Source of the DNA: an uncultured Actinomycetes bacterium
GTDB lineage: Bacteria; Actinomycetota; Acidimicrobiia; IMCC26256; PALSA-555
DNA length: 64,000 bases
Direction of reading: 5' to 3'
Assembly: GCA_903899845.1 (NCBI GenBank)
Contig: CAIUKV010000251.1
Location: 5,970 to 69,969 of the forward strand
In this document: positions 55,284-63,817 of the stretch, in pieces
How the letters are laid out: the number at the start of each line of letters is the position of its first letter
Position numbering within the stretch: the stretch's first letter is position 1
The notes under the pieces: generated by a model
Seen by the model: only the letters and a program-made list of their open reading frames with translations
Database searches by the model: none
Told to the model about the DNA's origin: nothing
Translations under genes and position numbers: made by a program

Positions 55284-56293
55284 GCGGCATCGAGCCCGGA
55301 TCCGACGCCGGGCCCGACGATGCGGCCCCCGGGACGCGTCCCGAGTCACTGCGCCCGAGCCGGTCCGTGGCCTGGGCCGACTGGCTGGTCCGGCGCACCG
55401 GCTCCTTCCTCGAGTCCCGATCGAGCCGTCGGGGCTTCCTCGTGGGCTCCGCCGTCACCGGATCGGCCCTGGCCGTCGCCGGGGTCCGGTTCGCCACCCG
55501 GCCGGGCAGCGCCTACGCCGCGATCACCGACTGCGAGCCCGCCGCGCTGTGCCGCGACGGCTACACGGAGTTCTGCTGCGTCATCAACAACGGTCGCAAC
55601 ACCTGCCCGGAAGGCGCGTTCGCCGGAGGCTGGTGGCGGGCCGACTACTCCGTCTACTGCAACGGCACCCGCTACTACATCGACTGCCACGAGGCCTGCT
55701 GCGGCCCCCACCGCGGCACGGGCTTCTGCCAGGGCTGCATCGCCTGCCAGTGTGCCAACGGCGACTGCGGCAACCGCAAGGTCTACTGCAGCTACTTCCG
55801 GTACGGGCAGTGCTACCAGGAGATCGCGCGCGTCGGCCCGATCGCCTGTCGGGTCGTGACCTGTGTACCGCCCTACCTGACCGATCCGGGCTGCTCGCCG
55901 GTGGCCGCCGTCGACAACGCCACCGCCGACCACGTCACCGGGTGCCTGCTCACGCCCCCGCCGCCCCCGCCGGCTCCGCCCCCCGCGCGGATCCGCCGAA
56001 AGGACCGCACCGTGATCCAAGTCATGCTCTACGGGACGATCAGCGTCTTCTACGTCGCCGACGACGGCGCGCTCGTCCAGAAGGCCTACTCCCCCGGCCC
56101 GACCGCCGACGCCAACGGGTGGATCACCGTCCGCCTGACTCCCGCCGGTCGGTGCAAGGTCGGGGGGACCGTCGACGCCCAGGAGGGGTTCATGGGCAAC
56201 TTCCACCTGTTCGCCCAGCACTCCGACGGCGCCCGCCTCGTCCACATGACCTGGATCTACAGCCAGCGGCGCTGGGTCGAGCAGACCCACTGA
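55280..56293 (+). CDS. TAT-signal, cysteine-rich methylamine-dehydrogenase-light-chain-like protein fused to a C-terminal domain of unknown function
   Basis: GTG 55280 (GTGA overlap). SRRGFLVGSAVTGSALAVAG is a twin-arginine signal. CEPAALCRDGYTEFCCVINNGRNTCPEGAFAGGWWRADYSVYCNGTRYYIDCHEACCG parallels MauA C..W.HC...G..C.C.GG....CPPG......W...C.......Y....DCCG. 20 Cys in about 140 aa. PPPPPPAPPP linker. Confidence 0.6.
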   Translation: MSGIEPGSDAGPDDAAPGTRPESLRPSRSVAWADWLVRRTGSFLESRSSRRGFLVGSAVTGSALAVAGVRFATRPGSAYAAITDCEPAALCRDGYTEFCCVINNGRNTCPEGAFAGGWWRADYSVYCNGTRYYIDCHEACCGPHRGTGFCQGCIACQCANGDCGNRKVYCSYFRYGQCYQEIARVGPIACRVVTCVPPYLTDPGCSPVAAVDNATADHVTGCLLTPPPPPPAPPPARIRRKDRTVIQVMLYGTISVFYVADDGALVQKAYSPGPTADANGWITVRLTPAGRCKVGGTVDAQEGFMGNFHLFAQHSDGARLVHMTWIYSQRRWVEQTH

Positions 56294-56307
56294 CCCCGGA
56301 GGCTCCT

Positions 56308-57108
56308 GTGACCGTCCTGCTGCTCCTCGGCGCCGTCGTCGCCGTCTGCGCCGCCGTCCGCTCCACGTGGTCGCCGTGCGGCCAGTCGATGCTCTCCTCG
56401 ATCACGCCGCTGTCCGAACGGTCCCGGGGGCACCGCTTCGGCGTCACCGCCGCCTGGTTCGTGACCGGGTCGACGCTCGGCGGGGCGACCCTCGGCCTGG
56501 GCCTCGCCGCGGTCGCCGCCGCGGTCGCGCGCCTCGGTCCGGTCCCGGTGGGCGCCGCCCTCGCGGTGGCGGCGATCGCCGCCGCGGTGGCTGCGGCGTC
56601 GGACGGACGCGTCTTCGGCCGTTCCCTGCCCTTCCACTGCCGCCAGGTCAACGAGCTCTGGCTGAACCGCTACCGCCGCTGGGTCTACGCGGCGGGCTTC
56701 GGCTGGCAGATCGGGACCGGGTTCGCAACCTTCGTCCTGACGGCCGGGGTCTACCTGCTCGTGGTCCTCGCCGCGCTCACCGCCGACCCGCGGGCGGCGT
56801 TCGCCCTCGGGGTGGGCTTCGGCGTCGTGAGGGGGCTGGGGATCCTGCCCGCCCGCCGCATCACGTCGCCGGTCGCGCTCGCCGCGTTCCACCGTCGGTT
56901 CGACGCGTGGGGACCGGTGACCCGGGTGGCGATGACTGGGGTGGAGTGTGGCGTCGCCGTCGTGGCCGCGGCGGCCGCCCTCGGCGCACCCGGCGCGGTG
57001 CTCGCCGGCATCGGCGCAACCGCCGCCCTCGTGACGGGGCTCACCGTCCGCCGGAAGCACGCGGCCCGACCGCAGGGCACCCCGACGGTCGCCGCGACGG
57101 CGCGGTAG
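56308..57108 (+). CDS. Polytopic membrane protein with a CcdA/DsbD-like WSPC motif
   Basis: GTG 56308, 5 nt after GGAGG. TWSPCGQSML in TM1 and a second Cys in LPFHCRQ. About 6 hydrophobic segments. Confidence 0.5.
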   Translation: MTVLLLLGAVVAVCAAVRSTWSPCGQSMLSSITPLSERSRGHRFGVTAAWFVTGSTLGGATLGLGLAAVAAAVARLGPVPVGAALAVAAIAAAVAAASDGRVFGRSLPFHCRQVNELWLNRYRRWVYAAGFGWQIGTGFATFVLTAGVYLLVVLAALTADPRAAFALGVGFGVVRGLGILPARRITSPVALAAFHRRFDAWGPVTRVAMTGVECGVAVVAAAAALGAPGAVLAGIGATAALVTGLTVRRKHAARPQGTPTVAATAR

Positions 57109-57113
57109 CTCGC

Positions 57114-57989
57114 ATGGCGGAGACCGCGGTCCTGCGCAGTGGGTTGCACTTCGGTGAGGCCCCCCGGTGGCACGACGGCCGTCTGTGGTACTCCGACTTC
57201 TACGACCACGCCGTGCACGCCTGCACGCTCGACGGCGACGACGAGCGGCTGGTCGAGGTTCCCGGGCAGCCCTCGGGGCTCGGGTGGCTCCCCGACGGGA
57301 GCCTGGTCGTCTCGTCGATGACCGACCGCACCGTGATGCGCCACGACGGCGTCGCCCTGACCGTTCACGCCGACCTGTCGGCGTACGCCGGCTGGTGGGT
57401 CAACGACCTCGTCGTCGACGGCCGGGGGCGCGCCTGGGTGGGGAACTTCGGCTTCGACCTCGACGCCTTCCTCGCCGAGCACGGCGTCGATGGCATTCTC
57501 GGGGACCCCGGACCTCCGGCCACCGTGCTGTGCCGCGTCGATCCCGACGGCACCGTCACCGTCGCGGCCGAGGACATGGTGTTCCCCAACGGATCGGTCG
57601 TGACCCCCGACGGGCGGACGCTCGTCGTCGCCGAGACCCTCGCGCTGCGGGTCTCGGCGTTCACCGTCGCCGACGACGGCACGCTCACGGACCGGCGGGT
57701 CTGGGCCGACCTGGCCCACCGCCTGGTCGCCCCTGACGGCATCTGCCTCGATGCCGAGGGTGCGATCTGGGTCGCCAACGCCATGGGGCACGAGTGCCTC
57801 CGGGTGGCCGAGGGCGGCGCCGTCCTGGAGACCGTCACCACGAGCCAGCCCGCCTTCGCCTGCGCGCTGGGTGGCCCCGAGGGCCGCCACCTGTTCGTGA
57901 TGACGGCACCCGACCCGACGCCCGACGCCCGCCGGCGGGCCTCCGAGGCCCGTATCGAGGTGGCCGGGGTCGACGTCCCGGGCGCGTGA
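57114..57989 (+). CDS. SMP-30/gluconolactonase/LRE-family protein
   Basis: From the internal ATG: LHFGEAPRWHDGRLWYSDF...NDLVVDGRGRAWVGN...FPNGSVVTPDGRTLVVAET...PDGICLDAEGAIWVA. Confidence 0.8.
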   Translation: MAETAVLRSGLHFGEAPRWHDGRLWYSDFYDHAVHACTLDGDDERLVEVPGQPSGLGWLPDGSLVVSSMTDRTVMRHDGVALTVHADLSAYAGWWVNDLVVDGRGRAWVGNFGFDLDAFLAEHGVDGILGDPGPPATVLCRVDPDGTVTVAAEDMVFPNGSVVTPDGRTLVVAETLALRVSAFTVADDGTLTDRRVWADLAHRLVAPDGICLDAEGAIWVANAMGHECLRVAEGGAVLETVTTSQPAFACALGGPEGRHLFVMTAPDPTPDARRRASEARIEVAGVDVPGA

Positions 57990-58001
57990 ACGCCGCCGGG
58001 A

Positions 58002-58904
58002 TCAGACCGCGCCGGCGCGGACCGCGAGGGTGAGCGTGGCGGTGAGCCCCGAGCCCGTGGCCCCGGACATCACGGCCATCTGCTGGGCGATCCCGTCCCG
58101 GAAGACGTTGTCGCGCGCCGCGGGGGTCTGCGGGAAGTTGCGGAGGCTGGTCTCGTAGCCCGGTTGCGCGTACACCGCGGCGCAGGTGTCCTCGGGGAAG
58201 GCCAGCTGTGACGTGCAGAGCTTCGGACCGCCACCGGCGGCCGCGGCCTGGCTCGGGTACACCTCGAAGTGCACGTGGGGGTACCGACCCGGGTACGCGC
58301 CCGGGAACACCGTCGTGAACCCCACCGTGCCGTCGGCGTCGGTGACCTGCACCCCGCGGCACCAGTTCTGGTCGGTGGCGCCCGGCGAGTACAGCGAGTA
58401 CCGACCGTCGGCGTCGCAGTGCCACGCGTAGACGGCGATGCCGCGACGCGGTGTGCACCCGGCGTCGAGGTCGAGCACCCGCAGGCGCACCGCGAGCGGG
58501 CTCCCGGCCGCGGTGCCCCGGAGGCCCCCGAACGACTCGCGCAGGTCGACGCGGACCACGCCCTCCTGGTTCAAGACGTTGGGACCGTTGCTGCCGTCGG
58601 CCGGGAAGGGCCCGGCGGTCTCGGTGGGGAACGGCGCACAGTCGGCCGGGGAGATCGGCGTCGTGGCCGCCGTGGTGGCGGCTGCGGTCGTCGGGGTGGT
58701 CCCGGCCGGACCGGGGACGCGCGCACCCCGCGCCCCGGGGCCGTCGCTCCCGCCACATCCCGCGAGGGTCAGCAGGCCGACGCCGCCGAGACCCCCGAGG
58801 AGGCCGAGCACGCGTCGTCGGGACGGGGCGTCGGGTGGAACGGGTGGACCGGGTGGATCGGGTGGACCGGAGGCGGCGTGACCGTCGGGCACAGGCGTCG
58901 TCAT
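58002..58904 (-). CDS. Secreted (TAT/lipoprotein-like signal) intradiol ring-cleavage dioxygenase-family protein
   Basis: SRRRVLGLLGGLGGVGLLTLAGCGG. ...AVYAWHCDADGRYS...GAYPGRYPHVHFEV. Confidence 0.75.
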   Translation of the reverse strand: MTTPVPDGHAASGPPDPPGPPVPPDAPSRRRVLGLLGGLGGVGLLTLAGCGGSDGPGARGARVPGPAGTTPTTAAATTAATTPISPADCAPFPTETAGPFPADGSNGPNVLNQEGVVRVDLRESFGGLRGTAAGSPLAVRLRVLDLDAGCTPRRGIAVYAWHCDADGRYSLYSPGATDQNWCRGVQVTDADGTVGFTTVFPGAYPGRYPHVHFEVYPSQAAAAGGGPKLCTSQLAFPEDTCAAVYAQPGYETSLRNFPQTPAARDNVFRDGIAQQMAVMSGATGSGLTATLTLAVRAGAV

Positions 58905-58960
58905 GGCGTCATCATCGCCCGTCGCCCGACCCGGGCCGGGCCCCGCACCTGTGAGGCCGC

Positions 58961-59884
58961 TCAGGCGGGCTGGAGCCGCTCGGAGTCGTCGCGAGGGTCG
59001 CGCCCGCCCGGTGCGGGCGGGTCGTCACGCGTGACGAGGCCGAGGTGGAACCACACGACCGCCGTCCACAACGCGGTGGCGCCGGCGACGTGCATCCCGA
59101 CGAGCAGGGCCGGGATGTCGTTGAAGTACTGGATGTAGCCGATGGCCGCCTGCGCCAGGGCGATGACCAGCACGGCCCCCAGCCGGTTCCGCACCGCCTC
59201 GTCGGCGTGGACCCGCTGCACGAGGCGCAGTGTCCACAACGTGAGGGCGAGGAACACCACGACGCTGATGCCGTGGATGCGGGCCACGTTGGCGATGTCG
59301 AACCCGAAGCGCCGGGCCTCCTCGTCGCCCCCGTGCGGTCCGGTGGCGGTCACCACCGTGCCGGTCACCACCACGACCGTGACCGAGCAGAACAGCAGCC
59401 GCCCGGCGGTGCGCACCCGGGGATCGACCGTCAGGCGGGCGGGCCCGGCGGGCTCCCCGGAGCGCTTGTAGAGCACGAGGGCGTTCCACAGCAGCACCAG
59501 GGAGAGGAGGAAGTGGCCCATCACGAACGGCGGCTGCAGGTGGTAGATGACGACGAACCCGCCGAGGACGGCCTGCGCGAGCACGCCGGCCACGAGGCCG
59601 AACGACCAGGACACGAGGTCACGGCGGCGGGGGTCGCGCCACAGGGACCCGAGGACGCACGCGATGACGGCGGCCGAGACCAGGCCCGTGACCAAACGGT
59701 TGGTGAACTCGATGATCGCGTGGACGTCGCCGGAGTCCGGGTGGAACTGCGTCTTCTCGCAGCTCGGCCACTCCGGGCACCCGAGGCCCGAGCCGGTGAG
59801 GCGGACCGCCGCCCCGCTCACGATGATGGCGCCGAGGAGCACCACGGCGACGAGTGCGACCTTCCGGAACGTGGTGGGCTGCAT
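58961..59884 (-). CDS. ctaA: Heme A synthase (COX15/CtaA)
   Basis: From the internal ATG: VRLTGSGLGCPEWPSC...HAIIEFTNR...HGISVV...MHVAGATALW. Confidence 0.9.
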   Translation of the reverse strand: MQPTTFRKVALVAVVLLGAIIVSGAAVRLTGSGLGCPEWPSCEKTQFHPDSGDVHAIIEFTNRLVTGLVSAAVIACVLGSLWRDPRRRDLVSWSFGLVAGVLAQAVLGGFVVIYHLQPPFVMGHFLLSLVLLWNALVLYKRSGEPAGPARLTVDPRVRTAGRLLFCSVTVVVVTGTVVTATGPHGGDEEARRFGFDIANVARIHGISVVVFLALTLWTLRLVQRVHADEAVRNRLGAVLVIALAQAAIGYIQYFNDIPALLVGMHVAGATALWTAVVWFHLGLVTRDDPPAPGGRDPRDDSERLQPA

Positions 59885-59941
59885 GCGGAGGCGGCGCACC
59901 CCGAGAGCGTATGCGGCGCCCCGTGGGTTACCGTCACCGGC

Positions 59942-60892
59942 GTGACCACCGACGCTCCCTTCCACTACGACGAGTTCGGCCTCTTCCGGGAGAACGCCGA
60001 GGAGCTCGGCCTCCCCTGGACCGGCCCGCCGACGGTCCGGAGGGCGGCCGTGGTCGTGGACCCCGCCTCCGGGCGCCGGGTCAGCGCCCTGATCTGGGGC
60101 GAGGGCCCGCCGGAGGTCGTGCTGATCCACGGAGGCGCCCAGAACGCCCACACCTGGGACACCGTGGCCCTGGCCCTCGGCCGACCCCTCGTCGCGGTCG
60201 ACCTGCCCGGGCACGGGCACTCCGACCACCGGGCCGACGGACCCTTCGGGCCCCGCGAGAACGCCGCCGACGTCGAGGTCGCCGTGCGGGCCCTGGCCCC
60301 CGACGCCGCGATGGTCGTGGGCATGTCGCTCGGTGGACTGACCGCGATCGCGCTGGCGGGTCGGGCGCCCGACGTGGTGCGGCGCCTCGTCCTCGTCGAC
60401 GTCACCCCGGGCGTCGACAAGGAGCGGGCGGCGCCCATCGCCCAGTTCGTGGCCGGACCCGAGAGCTTCGCCAGCTTCGACGAGATCCTCGAGCGCACCA
60501 TCGCGTTCAACCCGACCCGCTCCGTGGCGTCGCTCCGGCGCGGCGTGCTGCACAACGCGATGCCCCGTGAGGACGGTCGCTGGGTCTGGCGCTACCAGCG
60601 GCCCCGCGTCATGGAGCTCGCGGCGCGCCCCGACGGCGAGCCGCCGCGACCCGACGACCCCGTGGTGCCCGACTTCACCACGTTGTGGGAGGACCTCGGC
60701 GCGGTGCGGGTCCCCGTGCTGCTCGCCCACGGCACGACGGGCGGCAGCGTGGTGACCCCCGACCACGTCGACGAGTTCCGGCGCCGCCAGCCGGGTGGTC
60801 GGGTCGTGGCGGTCGAGGGTGCGGGCCACAGCCTGCAGGGCGACACCCCGCTCGAGCTCACCGCCCTGCTCGAGGAGTTCCTCCGGACCTGA
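59942..60892 (+). CDS. Alpha/beta-fold hydrolase
   Basis: GTG 59942, 7 nt after TACCGT. VVLIHGGAQNAHTW...PGHGHS...VGMSLGG...GAGHSLQGD. Confidence 0.85.
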   Translation: MTTDAPFHYDEFGLFRENAEELGLPWTGPPTVRRAAVVVDPASGRRVSALIWGEGPPEVVLIHGGAQNAHTWDTVALALGRPLVAVDLPGHGHSDHRADGPFGPRENAADVEVAVRALAPDAAMVVGMSLGGLTAIALAGRAPDVVRRLVLVDVTPGVDKERAAPIAQFVAGPESFASFDEILERTIAFNPTRSVASLRRGVLHNAMPREDGRWVWRYQRPRVMELAARPDGEPPRPDDPVVPDFTTLWEDLGAVRVPVLLAHGTTGGSVVTPDHVDEFRRRQPGGRVVAVEGAGHSLQGDTPLELTALLEEFLRT

Positions 60893-63188
60893 GCGGGACC
60901 AGGGTCTCCGCGGCCGTGGCGGCCGCCTCGATGCCGACCCAGTCGTAGCGCATCGGGACGAGGTCTCCGGCCGCCCACGCCGCCTGCTGGTCGGCGAAGT
61001 GCGGGTCGCGGCACTCGCCGCTCGCGCCGAGGGGCACGACCCATGCGCTGCGGTCCCAGTCGGCGAGGTCGAACACGTAGCGCGCCACCGAGGCGCCGGT
61101 GACGCCGAAGCCGAGCCCCGGCGCATGGGAGGTCGCCCAGACGGTGTCCCACTCCCCCGGGACCTCGACCGGCGGCGGATCGAGCACGCCGTCCCACTCG
61201 GGATGGACCCGTGAGAGCGGGTGCACGGGCGCGGCCCGGTGCAGCGCGCCCCACCGCCAGCCCCCCGGGTCGTCGCCGAGCACGGCGCGCAACGTCGCCA
61301 CCGCGTCGGTGAGCGCGGCGGCGAGCACGCCCGACCAGGTCTCGCCGGGCGGGAGCACCGTCGGGTCGTCGGCGGCGAGCAGCACGGTGAGGACCGGCCA
61401 CAGGCGCAACGTGGGCGGGACGAACGCGCCCGGGGGCTCGTCCCGGGCGGGGGCGCGCAGCGGTCGCAGCGTCGGGCCGGCGGCGACCCGGCGGCACAGC
61501 GCGTCGCGCACGACCATGAAGACCGCCGCGCCGGCGGAGTCGACCTCCACCTCGCCGTCCCAGGCCGCGACCAGCGCCACCGCCGCCTGCTCGAGCGGGT
61601 CGGTCGGCCCGAGATCGCCGAGGCGGCGCCGCCAGGGCTCGACCCGCAGGCTGCGGACGTCGCGGTGGATCGCGGCCATGTCGTCGACCGTGGCCGCATC
61701 GAGGGCGGTCAGGCGGTCGAGGATGCGCTCGGCCCGGTCCGGACGCGAGTAGCCGTCGCTCAGGTGGTTGGGATGGTCGACGCCGACGATCCGCTGGTTC
61801 GCGGTGACGATCACCCCCGAGATCGGATCGCGCGCGTGCGGGAGGTCGTCGTAGGGCACCGGGTCGGCCCAGGCGTGCGCCCCCGTCCATCCCGGCACCG
61901 GACCGCAGGCGTTCTCGGGTGTCCGCACCGGCACGACCCCCACCGTCTGGTAGTGGATCGATCCCGAGCGGTCGGCGCACAGGAGGTTGTTCACCGGGTC
62001 GACCCAGTGGCGCATGACCTCGCGCAGCCCGTCGACGCCGGTCACCGCGAGCATCGGGGCGAGCACCTCGAAGCCGGTGCTCGGCGTCCGCAGGGCGGTC
62101 GACTGCATCGCGATCGCCACCCCGCTGGCCGGGTCCCCGAAGACGACCGGACCGTTCGGGGTGCGGTGGCACGCCACCGGCACCGGCTCGCCCCCGCGCA
62201 CCGCGACGACCTCCACCCGTTCGGGCTCGGGCGCACGCGCGAACCGCTCGACGTAGAGGTCCTGGTAGTCGGCGTAGGCGTTGGTCACGCACCAGGCGAC
62301 CTCGGCGTTGTGGCCGAAGTGCGGGAACCCCGGGACGCCGACGAAGGCCAGGCCGACGGCGTCGAACTCCGGGCAGGTCAGGTGCTGCTGCACGTAGACC
62401 CCGGGCACCTCGAGCTGGCGGTGGGGGTCCCCGGCGAGGAGGGGACGTCCGCTCGCGGTGCGGGCGCCGGCGAGGACCCACGAGTTCGACCCGCCCGGAT
62501 CGGGCTCGCTCGCCGCCGCGAACCCGTCGAGCGACCCCAGCAGGTCCGGGTCGGCACTCCGCAGCATGGCCGTGGCCCAGCGCACCGGCCCGAACCAGGC
62601 CGGATCGAGCGCGAAGGGCGGTGCGGTGGCCCCCGGCGGCACGATGAGCGGGACGGTCCGGTCGTCGGTCTCGAGTCGGACCGCGGCGTCGGCGCCGAGC
62701 ACCTCGGCCACCCGGGCCCGCCACAGCTTCTTCTGCCAGTTGGCGAACACGACGTGACGCACGAGGAACACCGCGTTGGCGTCCCAGGGGCGCCACGGCG
62801 CGGGCTGGACCCCGGCCCGGGCCAGGTCGGAGGGGCGGGGCCGTTGCAGCGCCAGGTAGGCGTTGACGCCGGCGGCGAACGCGTCGAGCACCGCCCGGGC
62901 GGGTTCCGAGAGCGCCTCGTACTCGCGCCGGGCCGCCCCGGCGAGGTCCAGGCGGCGGGCGAACGCGTCGAACGGGAGGGCGGCGGGCCCGGCGATCTCG
63001 GCCCACCGGCCGAGCGCCCGGCGCCGGTCGTACTCGAGCTGGCCGAGGCGGTCCTGGGCCTGCACGAAGCCCTGCCCGAAGAACGCGTCGTGGAGGTTCG
63101 TGGCCCGGACGTGGGGAATGCCCCACTCGTCCCGCCGGATCTCCACGGTGTCGTCGGGGCCCGGCACCTCCGTCACCACCGGTGCCAC
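60858..63188 (-). CDS. Penicillin/AHL acylase-family Ntn hydrolase (S45)
   Basis: IRRDEWGIPHVRA...FGQGFVQAQDRL...GGSNSWVLAGARTASGRPLLAGDPH. No obvious signal peptide. -10-like TAGCCT (63196-63201) lies 7 nt upstream of the GTG. Confidence 0.88.
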   Translation of the reverse strand: MAPVVTEVPGPDDTVEIRRDEWGIPHVRATNLHDAFFGQGFVQAQDRLGQLEYDRRRALGRWAEIAGPAALPFDAFARRLDLAGAARREYEALSEPARAVLDAFAAGVNAYLALQRPRPSDLARAGVQPAPWRPWDANAVFLVRHVVFANWQKKLWRARVAEVLGADAAVRLETDDRTVPLIVPPGATAPPFALDPAWFGPVRWATAMLRSADPDLLGSLDGFAAASEPDPGGSNSWVLAGARTASGRPLLAGDPHRQLEVPGVYVQQHLTCPEFDAVGLAFVGVPGFPHFGHNAEVAWCVTNAYADYQDLYVERFARAPEPERVEVVAVRGGEPVPVACHRTPNGPVVFGDPASGVAIAMQSTALRTPSTGFEVLAPMLAVTGVDGLREVMRHWVDPVNNLLCADRSGSIHYQTVGVVPVRTPENACGPVPGWTGAHAWADPVPYDDLPHARDPISGVIVTANQRIVGVDHPNHLSDGYSRPDRAERILDRLTALDAATVDDMAAIHRDVRSLRVEPWRRRLGDLGPTDPLEQAAVALVAAWDGEVEVDSAGAAVFMVVRDALCRRVAAGPTLRPLRAPARDEPPGAFVPPTLRLWPVLTVLLAADDPTVLPPGETWSGVLAAALTDAVATLRAVLGDDPGGWRWGALHRAAPVHPLSRVHPEWDGVLDPPPVEVPGEWDTVWATSHAPGLGFGVTGASVARYVFDLADWDRSAWVVPLGASGECRDPHFADQQAAWAAGDLVPMRYDWVGIEAAATAAETLVPLRSGGTPRAGR

Positions 63189-63265
63189 GCGGCGCAGGCT
63201 ACCGACGCCGTCCCGGGTCCCGGGGGACCGGACCCCGGGACCGCCCCACGCGCGACAATGGGTCC

Positions 63266-63817
63266 ATGACCGCAGCCTTCACCCGCATGGACCACTCGAC
63301 CGCCGAGCACTGGTTGGTCATCGGCCACGAGACGATGGCGGCCCAGCCGCTCGTCGCCGACCACGTACTGGGGCTGCTGCAGAGCCTCGACGGCGTGGTG
63401 ATGGGGTTCGCCGTCGATCAGCTGACGCACTGCCTGCAGACGGCGACGCTGGCCGAGCGGGCCGGGGCCGACGACGAGATGGTCGTCGCCGCCCTCTGCC
63501 ACGACGTCGGCAAGTCCGTCAGCGTGGCCAACCACCCCGCGATCGCGGCCGAGATCCTGCGCCCGTACGTGCGCGACGACGTGTACCACGTGATCCGGGT
63601 GCACCAGGACTTCCAGGGCCGGCACTACTACGGGCACTTCGGCGGCGACCCCGACGCCCGGGCGCAGTACCGCGACGAGCCCTGGTTCGACCTCGCGGCC
63701 CGCTTCGCGGACGAGTGGGACCAGGTCGCCTTCGACCCGGACCACGACACCGAGCCCCTCGCGCACTTCGAGGCCCGGGTCCGCGCGGTCTTCGCCGCGC
63801 CGAAGCGCTTCGTCTAG
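63266..63817 (+). CDS. HD-domain metal-dependent phosphohydrolase/oxygenase-like protein
   Basis: From the internal ATG: ...LTHCLQTATLAERAGADDEMVVAALCHDVGK...IRVHQDF. Confidence 0.75.
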   Translation: MTAAFTRMDHSTAEHWLVIGHETMAAQPLVADHVLGLLQSLDGVVMGFAVDQLTHCLQTATLAERAGADDEMVVAALCHDVGKSVSVANHPAIAAEILRPYVRDDVYHVIRVHQDFQGRHYYGHFGGDPDARAQYRDEPWFDLAARFADEWDQVAFDPDHDTEPLAHFEARVRAVFAAPKRFV

